From an uncultured delta proteobacterium (GTDB lineage Bacteria; Myxococcota_A; Polyangia; Polyangiales; JAFGIB01), in NCBI GenBank assembly GCA_963778655.1, contig CAVZVA010000012.1, positions 96,001-160,000 on the forward strand: a stretch of 64,000 bases of DNA, in the 5' to 3' direction. Shown piece after piece: positions 38,941-47,210 of this stretch. Numbering within the stretch: position 1 is the stretch's first letter; each line of letters starts with the position of its first letter. Position numbers and translations under genes: made by a program. Under the pieces are notes generated by a model. It searched no databases and was not told where the DNA came from. It saw only the letters and a program-made list of their open reading frames with translations.

Positions 38941-39945
38941 CTGGACCTGTCAGTCGTCATTCCTGTCTTTAACGAGCAGGAGAGCCTCTCCGAGTTGCTC
39001 TCGGAGCTTTTTTCCGTGCTCGACGCTACGGGGCTCGACTACGAGGTGATCTGCATCGACGACGGCTCGACGGACCGCAGCTTCGAGCTGCTCCGGGAGC
39101 TGAGCGCTTCGCTGCCCAGGCTGGTGGTCGCGCGCTTTCGCCGCAATTTCGGCCAGACGGCCGCGTTGCAGGCCGGTTTCGACGCCGCCCGCGGGCACGT
39201 CATCGCCACGCTCGACGCCGACCTGCAAAACGACCCGCACGACCTGCCGGCGATGCTCGAGCGCCTGCAGGAGGGCTACGACGTCGTGGTCGGCTGGCGC
39301 GCGCAGCGCAAGGACCGCTTCTTCGACCGGCGCCTGCCCTCGTTGATCGCCAACCGCCTGATCAGCGCGACCACGCAGGTGCGCCTGCACGACTACGGCT
39401 GCACGCTCAAGGTGATGCGCGCGGAGGTCGCCAAGGCGTTGCGGCTCTACGGCGAGATGCACCGCTTCATCCCGGTGATGGCCGCGCTGGTCGGCGCGCG
39501 CATGTGCGAGCTCAAGGTACGGCATCGCGCCCGCCGCTTCGGCCGCTCCAAGTACGGCATCGGCCGCACCACGCGCGTGCTGCTGGATCTGATGACGGTG
39601 CTGTTTCTGCAGTCGTACCTGGCGCGCCCGATGCAGGTCTTCGGCATGGGCGGACTGCTGCTGTTCGCGCTCGGGCTCGGCATCTCGGGCTACCTCGCGT
39701 TCGAGAAGCTGGCGTTCGGCGCCCAGCTCGCGAACCGCCCGCTGCTCACGCTCGGGGTGATGCTGATCCTGGTCGGCGTGCAGCTGCTCTCGCTGGGGCT
39801 GGTCGCCGACGTGCTGGGCCGGACCTACCACGAGGCGCAGGGCAAGCCGCCCTACTTCGTACGCGAGTGGGTGCGCGCGGGCGCCGTGCAACCGTCGCAG
39901 CCGGCGCGCCGGCCGCTCTCGAGCGGGCTGCCCGGACCGGGCTGA
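38941..39945 (+). CDS. GT2 polyprenyl-phosphate glycosyltransferase (ArnC/DPM1-like); CTG start or upstream frameshift
   Basis: DLSVVIPVFNE lies upstream of the called TTG; IDDGSTD, RNFGQTAA, LDADLQNDP, HDYGCTLK, GEMHRFIP. Confidence 0.85.
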   Translation: MDLSVVIPVFNEQESLSELLSELFSVLDATGLDYEVICIDDGSTDRSFELLRELSASLPRLVVARFRRNFGQTAALQAGFDAARGHVIATLDADLQNDPHDLPAMLERLQEGYDVVVGWRAQRKDRFFDRRLPSLIANRLISATTQVRLHDYGCTLKVMRAEVAKALRLYGEMHRFIPVMAALVGARMCELKVRHRARRFGRSKYGIGRTTRVLLDLMTVLFLQSYLARPMQVFGMGGLLLFALGLGISGYLAFEKLAFGAQLANRPLLTLGVMLILVGVQLLSLGLVADVLGRTYHEAQGKPPYFVREWVRAGAVQPSQPARRPLSSGLPGPG

Positions 39946-39960
39946 GCGCGAGCGACTCAG

Positions 39961-40989
39961 GTGGCTACGCCGCACGCACCGCTGGAGCTCGACCCCGGTT
40001 CGCCGCCGCCCGCACGCGCTGTGCGCGCGCGCCGCTACCTGCCGCTGCTCGGCTTGCTGCTGCTGCTGGTGGTGCTCTCGCGCCTCGATCTGCACGCGCT
40101 CGGCGCGGCCTTTGCCCGCGTGCGGCCCGCCCCGCTGTGCCAGGCGGGGCTGCTGTTCTCGGCCAACCTGCTGCTCAAGTCGCTGCGCTGGCAGCGCATG
40201 CTGGTGGTGCAGGGCCTGCGCCTGCCCGCGAAGGTGGCGGTCGCCGCTTTCTTCAGCTCGCAGCTCTACGGCCAGGTCACGCTCGGGCGTCTGGGCGAGC
40301 TCTACCGCGCCGAGGCGCTGGTCGAGCGCGGCGTGCCGCTTGGCAAGGCGCTCTCGTCCTGCGTCTACGATCGGCTGCTCGACCTCGGCGCCGTGCTGCT
40401 GCTGGGCGCCGCGCTCTCGGCGCTGGTGGTCGGCGACAGCCGTGCGGCCCTGGCCGCGGCCGCCTGCGTGCTGCTGCTGGGCGCGCTCTCGCTGCTGTTG
40501 CTGCGCGCTCGCGCGCTCGCGGCCGTGCCCGCGGTGGCGCGGCTGCGCGCGTTCCTGCAGCGGCGGCGCGGCGCGCGCGGCCTGCTCGGCCTGCTCGCCC
40601 AGCTGGTCGCCGGCCTCGGCCCGCTGCTGCGCCCGGCCTTCCTGCTCGAAGCGCTGGGTTGGACGGCGCTGGCCTGGAGCGGCTACTTCGCCTCGCTCTG
40701 GGCACTGGCCGCGGGCATGGGCATCGAGGCTTCGCGCAGCGCGCTGACCGCGGGCGCCGCGCTGGGCGCGCTCAGCAGCTTGCTGCCGGTGACCATCTCC
40801 GGGCTCGGCGCACGCGAGGTGATCTTCATACAGGTGCTGGGGCTGCAAGGGGTGGCGGCAGCGCGCGCCGTGGCACTCTCGCTGCTGCACCTCGGCGTGA
40901 TGAGCGCCGCGGCGATCGCCCTCGGCCTGGTCGGTGTGCTCGCGCGCCACCAGCAGCAGGCGAAGCCCGCGCCACCAGGCCGAAGTTGA
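39961..40989 (+). CDS. Lysylphosphatidylglycerol-synthase TM-domain protein (flippase-like)
   Basis: KSLRWQ, GRLGELYR, YDRLLD, LPVTISGLGARE. Confidence 0.8.
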   Translation: MATPHAPLELDPGSPPPARAVRARRYLPLLGLLLLLVVLSRLDLHALGAAFARVRPAPLCQAGLLFSANLLLKSLRWQRMLVVQGLRLPAKVAVAAFFSSQLYGQVTLGRLGELYRAEALVERGVPLGKALSSCVYDRLLDLGAVLLLGAALSALVVGDSRAALAAAACVLLLGALSLLLLRARALAAVPAVARLRAFLQRRRGARGLLGLLAQLVAGLGPLLRPAFLLEALGWTALAWSGYFASLWALAAGMGIEASRSALTAGAALGALSSLLPVTISGLGAREVIFIQVLGLQGVAAARAVALSLLHLGVMSAAAIALGLVGVLARHQQQAKPAPPGRS

Positions 40990-41061
40990 GGTTCGCGTCG
41001 CCCGGCTGAAGTTGAGGCCCCCAATCCTTCGTAGTACATGGCAGGCTCCGCGTGAGCCGCG

Positions 41062-42048
41062 ATGAAGCTGGTCGTCCAGATCCCCTGCTACAACGAGGCG
41101 GCGACGCTGCCGGGCGTGCTCGCCGACATCCCGCGCGCGATCGCTGGCATCGACGCGCTCGAGATCCTCGTGATCGACGACGGCTCGAGCGACGGCACGG
41201 CCGACGTGGCCAGGGCGCACGGCGCCACCCGCGTGGTGCGCCACCGCGGCAACCGCGGCCTCGCCAGCACCTTTCTCACCGGCCTGCAGACCGCGCTCGA
41301 GATGGGCGCGGACATCATCGTCAACACCGACGGCGACCACCAGTATCCGGGCAGCGCGATTCCGGAGCTGGTCGCGCCGATCGTGCGCGCGGAGGCCGAC
41401 CTGGTGATCGGCGACCGTCAGACCAAGAGCGACCCCAAGGTCTCGTTGCGCAAGCGCCTGTTCTACGACCTGGGCAACTTCGTGGTGCGCAGCGCCACCG
41501 GCGTCAGCGTGCACGACGCGCCCAGCGGCTTTCGCGCCATGTCGCGCGAGTTCGCGCTACGCGTCTACCTCACGAACCCGTTCTCGTACACGCTCGAGAC
41601 CATCTTCGCGGCCGCGGAGAATCGCCAACCGATCCGCGAGGTGAAGATCACCACCAATCCCGCCACGCGTCCGAGCCGGCTGTTTCGCGGCCTCGTGCAA
41701 TACATCGGGCGCTCGGCCAGCATCATCCTGCAGGGGTACTCCATGCACAATCCGCTCAAGGCCTTCGGCTGGCTGTCGGCGCCGTTCCTGCTGCTCGGCA
41801 CGGCGCTGGGGCTGCGCTTCCTCTACTACTTCCTCAAGGCGCCCGATTATAGCGGACACATCCAGTCGCTGATCCTGGCCTCGATCTGCATCGTGGTCGG
41901 CGCGCAGATTTTCATCTTCGGCATGCTGGGCGCGCTGGTGCGCGCCAACCGCCTGCTCCTGCAGGACGTGCGCATGCGCGTGCGCCGCCTCGAGCTGCAC
42001 GCCGGCACGGGCGGCGAGCAAGAGAGCGCCGCGATCGACGAAGGATAG
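41062..42048 (+). CDS. GT2 glycosyltransferase (DPM1-like) with C-terminal TM helices
   Basis: MKLVVQIPCYNE, IDDGSSD, NTDGDHQY, DAPSGFRA, FSYTLET. Confidence 0.9.
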   Translation: MKLVVQIPCYNEAATLPGVLADIPRAIAGIDALEILVIDDGSSDGTADVARAHGATRVVRHRGNRGLASTFLTGLQTALEMGADIIVNTDGDHQYPGSAIPELVAPIVRAEADLVIGDRQTKSDPKVSLRKRLFYDLGNFVVRSATGVSVHDAPSGFRAMSREFALRVYLTNPFSYTLETIFAAAENRQPIREVKITTNPATRPSRLFRGLVQYIGRSASIILQGYSMHNPLKAFGWLSAPFLLLGTALGLRFLYYFLKAPDYSGHIQSLILASICIVVGAQIFIFGMLGALVRANRLLLQDVRMRVRRLELHAGTGGEQESAAIDEG

Positions 42049-42065
42049 GTCGGATTTTCGGAATC

Positions 42066-42127
42066 ACAGGAAGGCGAGAAGACGGGAAGAGGTCTTTTCC
42101 TGGCTTCCCGTCTTCCCGCCTTCCTGT
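42066..42127. repeat. REP-like purine/pyrimidine palindrome, copy 1, between convergent genes
   Basis: ACAGGAAGGCGAGAAGACGGGAAG...CTTCCCGTCTTCCCGCCTTCCTGT; related copy at 49235..49294. Confidence 0.7.
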
Positions 42128-42128
42128 T

Positions 42129-43232
42129 TCATGAATCTTCGGCGGTGTTGCCCAGCGCGCTTGCCGGGCTGGGGTCGTTGGCGATTGCGGCCACCGCTTC
42201 GGGCCACACCTCGCACAGCGCGCACAGCTCCACCGCCATCACCGCCTCGGCCGCGGCCTGATCGGGGCGCACGCCCAGTCGCTCGATGCGCGTTGCGATC
42301 AGCTGGGCTGCGGCCAGGCGCGTGGCGAGCTCGGCGCGCGCCACGTCGAACGAGCAGCCCCAGGGCAGCCAGCGCATCATCCACAGCTCGTCGGCCACCC
42401 AGTCGGCCAGCACCTGCCGCCGCGTGCGCGGCCGGCGCGCGCGCCGCGCGCCGCGCTCGAAGGCGGCGCTCCACGGCCGCTCGCGTGGCGGCGGCCGGTA
42501 GCCTCCGTCGTGCCGGAGCAACGCGTCGGCCACCCAGGCCAGCGCCACGCCGCCGCGGCTGCCGTCGTCGAGGTCGAGCAGCTCGGCGCCGAACAGCGTC
42601 CACGAGCGCTCCGCGAGCGCCGGCCAGGGCTCGGCGCCGAGCACGCGCTCGGGGCGCTCGCCGCGCAGCAGCCCGGCCTGGATCTGCGCCTCGAGCGCGG
42701 CGTAGCGCGCGAACGACACCCGCTGCTCGACCGTCAGCGCCACCCGCCGCGGCGCTACCTCGTCGACCTCGAGCCGCCCGCTCTGGTCGCGCAGCGAGGC
42801 CTCGGCCTCGGCCAGATCGAGCGGCGGCCGCTCGCCCAGCGTGCGGCACGGGCAGCGGTGCTCGGTGGTCACGCGGCCGCCATCCGGCGTGCTGACCAGG
42901 CCGTAAGGGAAGCGCCGGCAGCCGACCGGCTTGTGCGCTGGCCCGAAGCGTGCGTGCACGCCGCAGCGCCCGCCCGGCTTGAGCTGCGCGCAGCGGCCGT
43001 CCGGGCCCGGCCGCATGCACGGCGCCTCGACATCGGGGTGATAGATCACCGAGCCCGGGATCAGGCGGCGCATGGCGCGCGCCTCCGAGCGCGTCATCGG
43101 TCCGAGCGCGTGCAGATCCGTGCAGCACAGGCCGTCGCCTTCACAGCGAAAGCCGGCGCCCGGCCGTGCCAGCAACGGCCGTGCTCGCGGCGCCAGGCTG
43201 CTCGCGCGAGAGCTCACGCGGCGGCTGTACAC
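42129..43232 (-). CDS. YkgJ-like cysteine-cluster (putative Zn/Fe-S binding) protein
   Basis: FRCEGDGLCC...PC...RCAQL...RCGVH...KPVGCRRFPY...CPC. Start may be GTG 43217. Confidence 0.7.
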   Translation of the reverse strand: MYSRRVSSRASSLAPRARPLLARPGAGFRCEGDGLCCTDLHALGPMTRSEARAMRRLIPGSVIYHPDVEAPCMRPGPDGRCAQLKPGGRCGVHARFGPAHKPVGCRRFPYGLVSTPDGGRVTTEHRCPCRTLGERPPLDLAEAEASLRDQSGRLEVDEVAPRRVALTVEQRVSFARYAALEAQIQAGLLRGERPERVLGAEPWPALAERSWTLFGAELLDLDDGSRGGVALAWVADALLRHDGGYRPPPRERPWSAAFERGARRARRPRTRRQVLADWVADELWMMRWLPWGCSFDVARAELATRLAAAQLIATRIERLGVRPDQAAAEAVMAVELCALCEVWPEAVAAIANDPSPASALGNTAEDS

Positions 43233-43344
43233 GAAAGGGGCGCGTGAGTCACTGCTTTGATGACGGGGAAGGGCCCGGAAGGTGCGAGGTATTCGGGCAA
43301 GGGCAAGGGCAGGTTGCAGCTGCGAGGCACCGCCGAAGTCGAGA

Positions 43345-44457
43345 CTAGCCGCGGGCGGAGAGCCTGGGGGCGGCGGGGAGAGCGGGGGTTCGAGCCGGGC
43401 GCCGGCGGGTGCGGCTCCAGGCGGTTGCCAGCCCGCACAGCAGCGTTTCGGTGGTCTCGAAGTCGAGGCAGGCGTCGGTGATGCTCTGGCCGTAGCGCAG
43501 CGGCCGGCCCGGCGTCAGCTCCTGGCGGCCCGCCAGCAGGTGGCTCTCCAGCATGACGCCCAGCACCTGCTCGGAGCCGGCTTCGAGCTGGCGCACCACC
43601 TCGGCTAGCACGCGCGGCTGGTTGGCCGCGTCCTTGCCGCTGTTGCCGTGGCTGCAGTCGATCAGCACCCGCGGGCACAGCCCCGCCGCGCGCAGCGCCG
43701 CGCCGGCGCGCTGCACCTCCGGCTCGCCGTAGTTCGTCTGCCCGCGGCCGCCGCGCAGCACCAGGTGGCTGCGCGGATTGCCGCGCGTCCGCAACAGGCT
43801 CGCGCGTCCCGCGTCGTCGACGCCGATGAAGCTCTGCGGCGCGGCCGCGGTCTTCATCGCGTTGAGCGCGGCCTCGATGCCGCCGTCGGTCCCGTTCTTG
43901 AAGCCCACCGGCATGCCGAGCCCGGAGGCCGCCTCGCGGTGGGTCTGACTCTCGGCGGTGCGCGCACCGATCGCGGTCCACGCCACCAGGTCCGAGAGGT
44001 AGCCCGGCGCCAGCGGGTCCAGGGTCTCGGTCGCCGCCGGTAGCCCGAGCTCGCCCAGCTGCAGCAGCAGCTCGCGTGCCAGCCTCAGGCCGGCGCCCAC
44101 GTCGCAGCTACCGTCCAGCCGCGGGTCGTTGATCAGCCCTTTCCAGCCGAGCGCGGTTCGCGGCTTCTCCAGGTACACCCGCATGCAGATCAGCAGCTCG
44201 TCGGCCAGCCGCGCGCGCAGCGGTGCCAGCCGCCGGCCGTACTCGAGCGCCGCGCCCGGGTCGTGGATCGAGCACGGGCCCACGATCACGAGCAGCCGTG
44301 GCTCCCTGCCTTGGAGCACGGCCTCGATCCGGTTCCGGGTGTCGGCGACCAGCTCGGCAACAGCGGGGCTCGCGGGCAGCGCCTGCCGCAGCTGCCCGGG
44401 CGGGGGTAATGGCGTGACCTGCTCGAGCGGAAGGTGGCTTGGGGATGGCGTGGACAT
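43345..44457 (-). CDS. aroG: 3-deoxy-7-phosphoheptulonate (DAHP) synthase, class I-alpha
   Basis: VGPCSIHD, MRVYLEKPRT, GWKGLINDP, IGARTAESQTHRE, GFKNGTDG, IDCSHGNS, YGQSITDAC. Confidence 0.95.
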   Translation of the reverse strand: MSTPSPSHLPLEQVTPLPPPGQLRQALPASPAVAELVADTRNRIEAVLQGREPRLLVIVGPCSIHDPGAALEYGRRLAPLRARLADELLICMRVYLEKPRTALGWKGLINDPRLDGSCDVGAGLRLARELLLQLGELGLPAATETLDPLAPGYLSDLVAWTAIGARTAESQTHREAASGLGMPVGFKNGTDGGIEAALNAMKTAAAPQSFIGVDDAGRASLLRTRGNPRSHLVLRGGRGQTNYGEPEVQRAGAALRAAGLCPRVLIDCSHGNSGKDAANQPRVLAEVVRQLEAGSEQVLGVMLESHLLAGRQELTPGRPLRYGQSITDACLDFETTETLLCGLATAWSRTRRRPARTPALPAAPRLSARG

Positions 44458-44471
44458 GGGGCTCCAGAAGC

Positions 44472-44503
44472 AAAAAACCCCTGGCCGCGGGGCGACCAGG
44501 GGT
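44472..44503 (-). terminator. Intrinsic terminator (attenuator) immediately upstream of DAHP synthase
   Basis: Minus strand ACCCCTGG-TCGCCCCGCGG-CCAGGGGT followed by TTTTT, ending 14 nt before the ATG. Confidence 0.85.
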
Positions 44504-44531
44504 GACTGTTGCGTGAGGCTACGTGGTGGAG

Positions 44532-44609
44532 CTACGTGGCCGTACCCTGGCGCCGTCCCGCGTGGGACGCGTAGGTAAAGCGCCAGAACCGATAGCTCCT
44601 GCTCGACAT
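44532..44609 (-). CDS. Aromatic-amino-acid leader peptide MSSRSYRFWRFTYASHAGRRQGTAT
   Basis: 25-codon ORF with Y, F, W, F, Y within 8 codons, directly upstream of the terminator and DAHP synthase. Confidence 0.8.
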   Translation of the reverse strand: MSSRSYRFWRFTYASHAGRRQGTAT

Positions 44610-44684
44610 CTCAGCTTTGACATTAGCGCGGGCCGAGCGCGGCGGCAAGCGGCCGGCGTTCGTGCTCGGCCCGCCGCCGGCGGC

Positions 44685-45452
44685 TCACTTGGGCGGCATG
44701 CGCAGCGCGCCGTCCAGCCGCACGGTCTCGCCGTTGAGGTAGGGGTTCTCGATCATGTGCAACGCCAGCAGCGCGAACTCGTCCGGCTCGCCGAGCCGCG
44801 CAGGAAACGGGATGCCCGCGGCGAGGGCTCGCCGTGCTTCCTCCGGAAGCTGACCGAGCATCGGCGTGGCGAAGGTGCCCGGCGCAATGGTGAGCACGCG
44901 GACGCCGGCCTTCGACAGGTCGCGCGCCGCCGGCAGCGTCATCCCGGCCACGCCGGCCTTGGAGGCCGCGTACGCCACCTGTCCGATCTGGCCGTCGAAC
45001 GCCGCGATCGAAGCGGTGTTGATGATCACGCCACGCTCGCCGTGGCGCTGCGGCTCGTTGCGCGCCATCGCGGCCGCCGCCAGCCGCATCACGTTGAAGC
45101 TGCCCACCAGATTGATCTGGACCACCTTGGCGAACGCCTCGAGGTCGTGAGGCGCGCCCTCCTTGCTCAGGGTCCGTTGCACCCAGCCCACGCCCGCGCA
45201 ACTCACGGACACCCGCAGCGGGCCCAGCGTGAGCGCGGTCGCGATCGCCGCCTGGACCTGCTCTGCGGAGGTCACGTCGGTCGAGACGAAGCGGCAGCCG
45301 GCGCCGAGCTCGGCGGCCAGCGCCTCGCCCTTGGTCGCGTCTCTGTCCAGGATCACCGCCTTGGCTCCCGCCGCCACCAGGCGCCGCACGGTCGCCTCTC
45401 CGAGCCCGGAAGCCCCACCGGTCACGAGCGCCGAAGCGCCTTGAATCTGCAT
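44685..45452 (-). CDS. SDR 3-hydroxyacyl-CoA dehydrogenase (HSD10-like)
   Basis: [59 protein letters not shown]. Confidence 0.92.
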   Translation of the reverse strand: MQIQGASALVTGGASGLGEATVRRLVAAGAKAVILDRDATKGEALAAELGAGCRFVSTDVTSAEQVQAAIATALTLGPLRVSVSCAGVGWVQRTLSKEGAPHDLEAFAKVVQINLVGSFNVMRLAAAAMARNEPQRHGERGVIINTASIAAFDGQIGQVAYAASKAGVAGMTLPAARDLSKAGVRVLTIAPGTFATPMLGQLPEEARRALAAGIPFPARLGEPDEFALLALHMIENPYLNGETVRLDGALRMPPK

Positions 45453-45745
45453 CGCTCTGGCTCCTTTGTTGGCTGCGCCGCAGCGGCGCACGCAGGTCAT
45501 AGCACAGCCGCTCGCGCGCCCGTGCGCGGCGCGTGCGAGCCTCGCGGCGGCATCGCGCAAGCGCGCTCGCTCGCGCGCGACGTGCGCAGCGACGCGAGCC
45601 GCACGAGCGCCGCGAGCTGGCCGCTCGGGGATGTGAACGGCTCCACCAGGGAAAATGGCCCCATCTCTTGTTGCTTTCCCCCCCCCGTGTGATATTTGAC
45701 CGCGCGCCGTGCTGCTTGGTGCGCGGCTGGGAGGAGGTCAGTGAG

Positions 45746-46201
45746 TTGAATACACGCGGACGGCACCTGCTGGTCGAGTACACCGGTTGTGACTACAGCG
45801 TTCTGGACGACCTCAAACGCATAGAAGCGCTGATGAACGAGGCAGCCAGAGCAGCGCGGACCAACATTGTCGCTTCAGTGTTTCAACCCTTCGAGCCGCA
45901 GGGCGTCACCGGCGTCGTGGTGGTGGAAGAATCCCATCTGTCGATCCACACCTGGCCGGAGCACGGCTACGCAGCCGTCGACTTCTTCACCTGCGGAGAC
46001 TCGCTGCCGGAGCGCGCGCACGAGGTGCTCAACCGCGGGCTCAAGGCGCAGTCGGCCGAAGTGATGTACGTGGACCGAGGTCTCGGCGTGCCCGGCCAGG
46101 GCATCGCCCTACGCAGCCATCACACCGAGGTCAGCGAGCCGGCGCCCGTGCTGGTGCGCGCGCGCGGCAAGCGCGCCGCGCGCGCGAGCAGCCGCGTATA
46201 G
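45746..46201 (+). CDS. speD: S-adenosylmethionine decarboxylase proenzyme (pyruvoyl-dependent)
   Basis: GAGGAGG RBS, TTG start; GRHLL, self-cleavage motif EESHLSIHTWPE, DFFTCG; upstream of speE. Confidence 0.9.
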   Translation: MNTRGRHLLVEYTGCDYSVLDDLKRIEALMNEAARAARTNIVASVFQPFEPQGVTGVVVVEESHLSIHTWPEHGYAAVDFFTCGDSLPERAHEVLNRGLKAQSAEVMYVDRGLGVPGQGIALRSHHTEVSEPAPVLVRARGKRAARASSRV

Positions 46202-46356
46202 GGCAGGGGCCGTGCTCGGCTCCCCTGCAGAAGCGCTCGGCAGCGAGCGCGCCCGCCGCGGCCCCGAGCCTCGCAGGGCTGAAAGCTTTGCGCAGGCCCG
46301 GCAGCTACGGCCGAGCGATGCCGCCGTGCGGCCGCGCCGGAAGTGTTGAGCGGGCC

Positions 46357-47202
46357 ATGGGCCTCTGGTTCGAAGAGACATTTCAGGGCCGCGTGCGGCT
46401 GGGCTTGCCGGTCACGCGCTCGCTCTTCCACGGCAAGAGCGAGTACCAGACCATCGACATCGTCGAGACCGAGACCTACGGCGCCACGCTGCTGCTCGAC
46501 AGCGCGTACATGACCAGCGTGGGCGACGAGTATTTCTACCACGAGATGCTGGTCCACCCGGCGCTCACCCGCGCGGCCTCGATCGCGCGGGTGCTGGTGA
46601 TCGGAGGCGGCGACGGCGGGACGGTGCGCGAGCTGCTGCGCTATCCCGAGGTCGAGCAGGTCGTGCTGTGCGAGATCGACGCCATGGTGACCCAGGCCTG
46701 CCGGGAGCACTTGAAGGCGTTCAACGTGCCCTGGAACGACCCGCGCCTGCAGCTGTGCTTCGGCGACGGCGTGGCCTACCTGCGCGAGCAAGAGGGCGAG
46801 CCCTTCGACGTGATCCTGATCGACGGCTCCGACCCGATCGGCCCGGCCGAGGGCTTGATCGCGGGCAGCTTCTACGAGAGCTGCAAGCGTAGGCTCAAGC
46901 CCGACGGCGTGCTCGCGCTGCAGAGCGAGGCGCCTCACCTGATGCGCGCCGACTTTCTGCGCATCGTGAAGGCGCTGCGCGGGGTCTTCCCGCGCGTGCA
47001 TCCGTACTTCGGCCCGGTCCCGATCTACCCCAGCGGCAGCTGGAGCTGGACCTTCGCCTCGAGCAGCGTCGACCCGCAGCCGCCGCGCGCGCAGCGCCTG
47101 GCCGCGATCGAAGCAGGCTGCCGCTACTACAACCGCGAGATCCACGCGGCTGCTTTCGCCCAGCCCAACGAGCTGCGCAAGGCCCTCGCCGATTTGCGCT
47201 AA
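46357..47202 (+). CDS. speE: Spermidine synthase / polyamine aminopropyltransferase
   Basis: KSEYQ, DEYFYHEMLVHP, VLVIGGGDGG, CEID, IDGSDPIGPA, YYNREIHAAAF. Confidence 0.93.
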   Translation: MGLWFEETFQGRVRLGLPVTRSLFHGKSEYQTIDIVETETYGATLLLDSAYMTSVGDEYFYHEMLVHPALTRAASIARVLVIGGGDGGTVRELLRYPEVEQVVLCEIDAMVTQACREHLKAFNVPWNDPRLQLCFGDGVAYLREQEGEPFDVILIDGSDPIGPAEGLIAGSFYESCKRRLKPDGVLALQSEAPHLMRADFLRIVKALRGVFPRVHPYFGPVPIYPSGSWSWTFASSSVDPQPPRAQRLAAIEAGCRYYNREIHAAAFAQPNELRKALADLR

Positions 47203-47210
47203 GGTTCCGG

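Noticed and set aside
44519..44623. Alternative leader ORF from ATG 44623
   Set aside because: It contains no aromatic codons; the ATG 44609 frame explains the attenuator.
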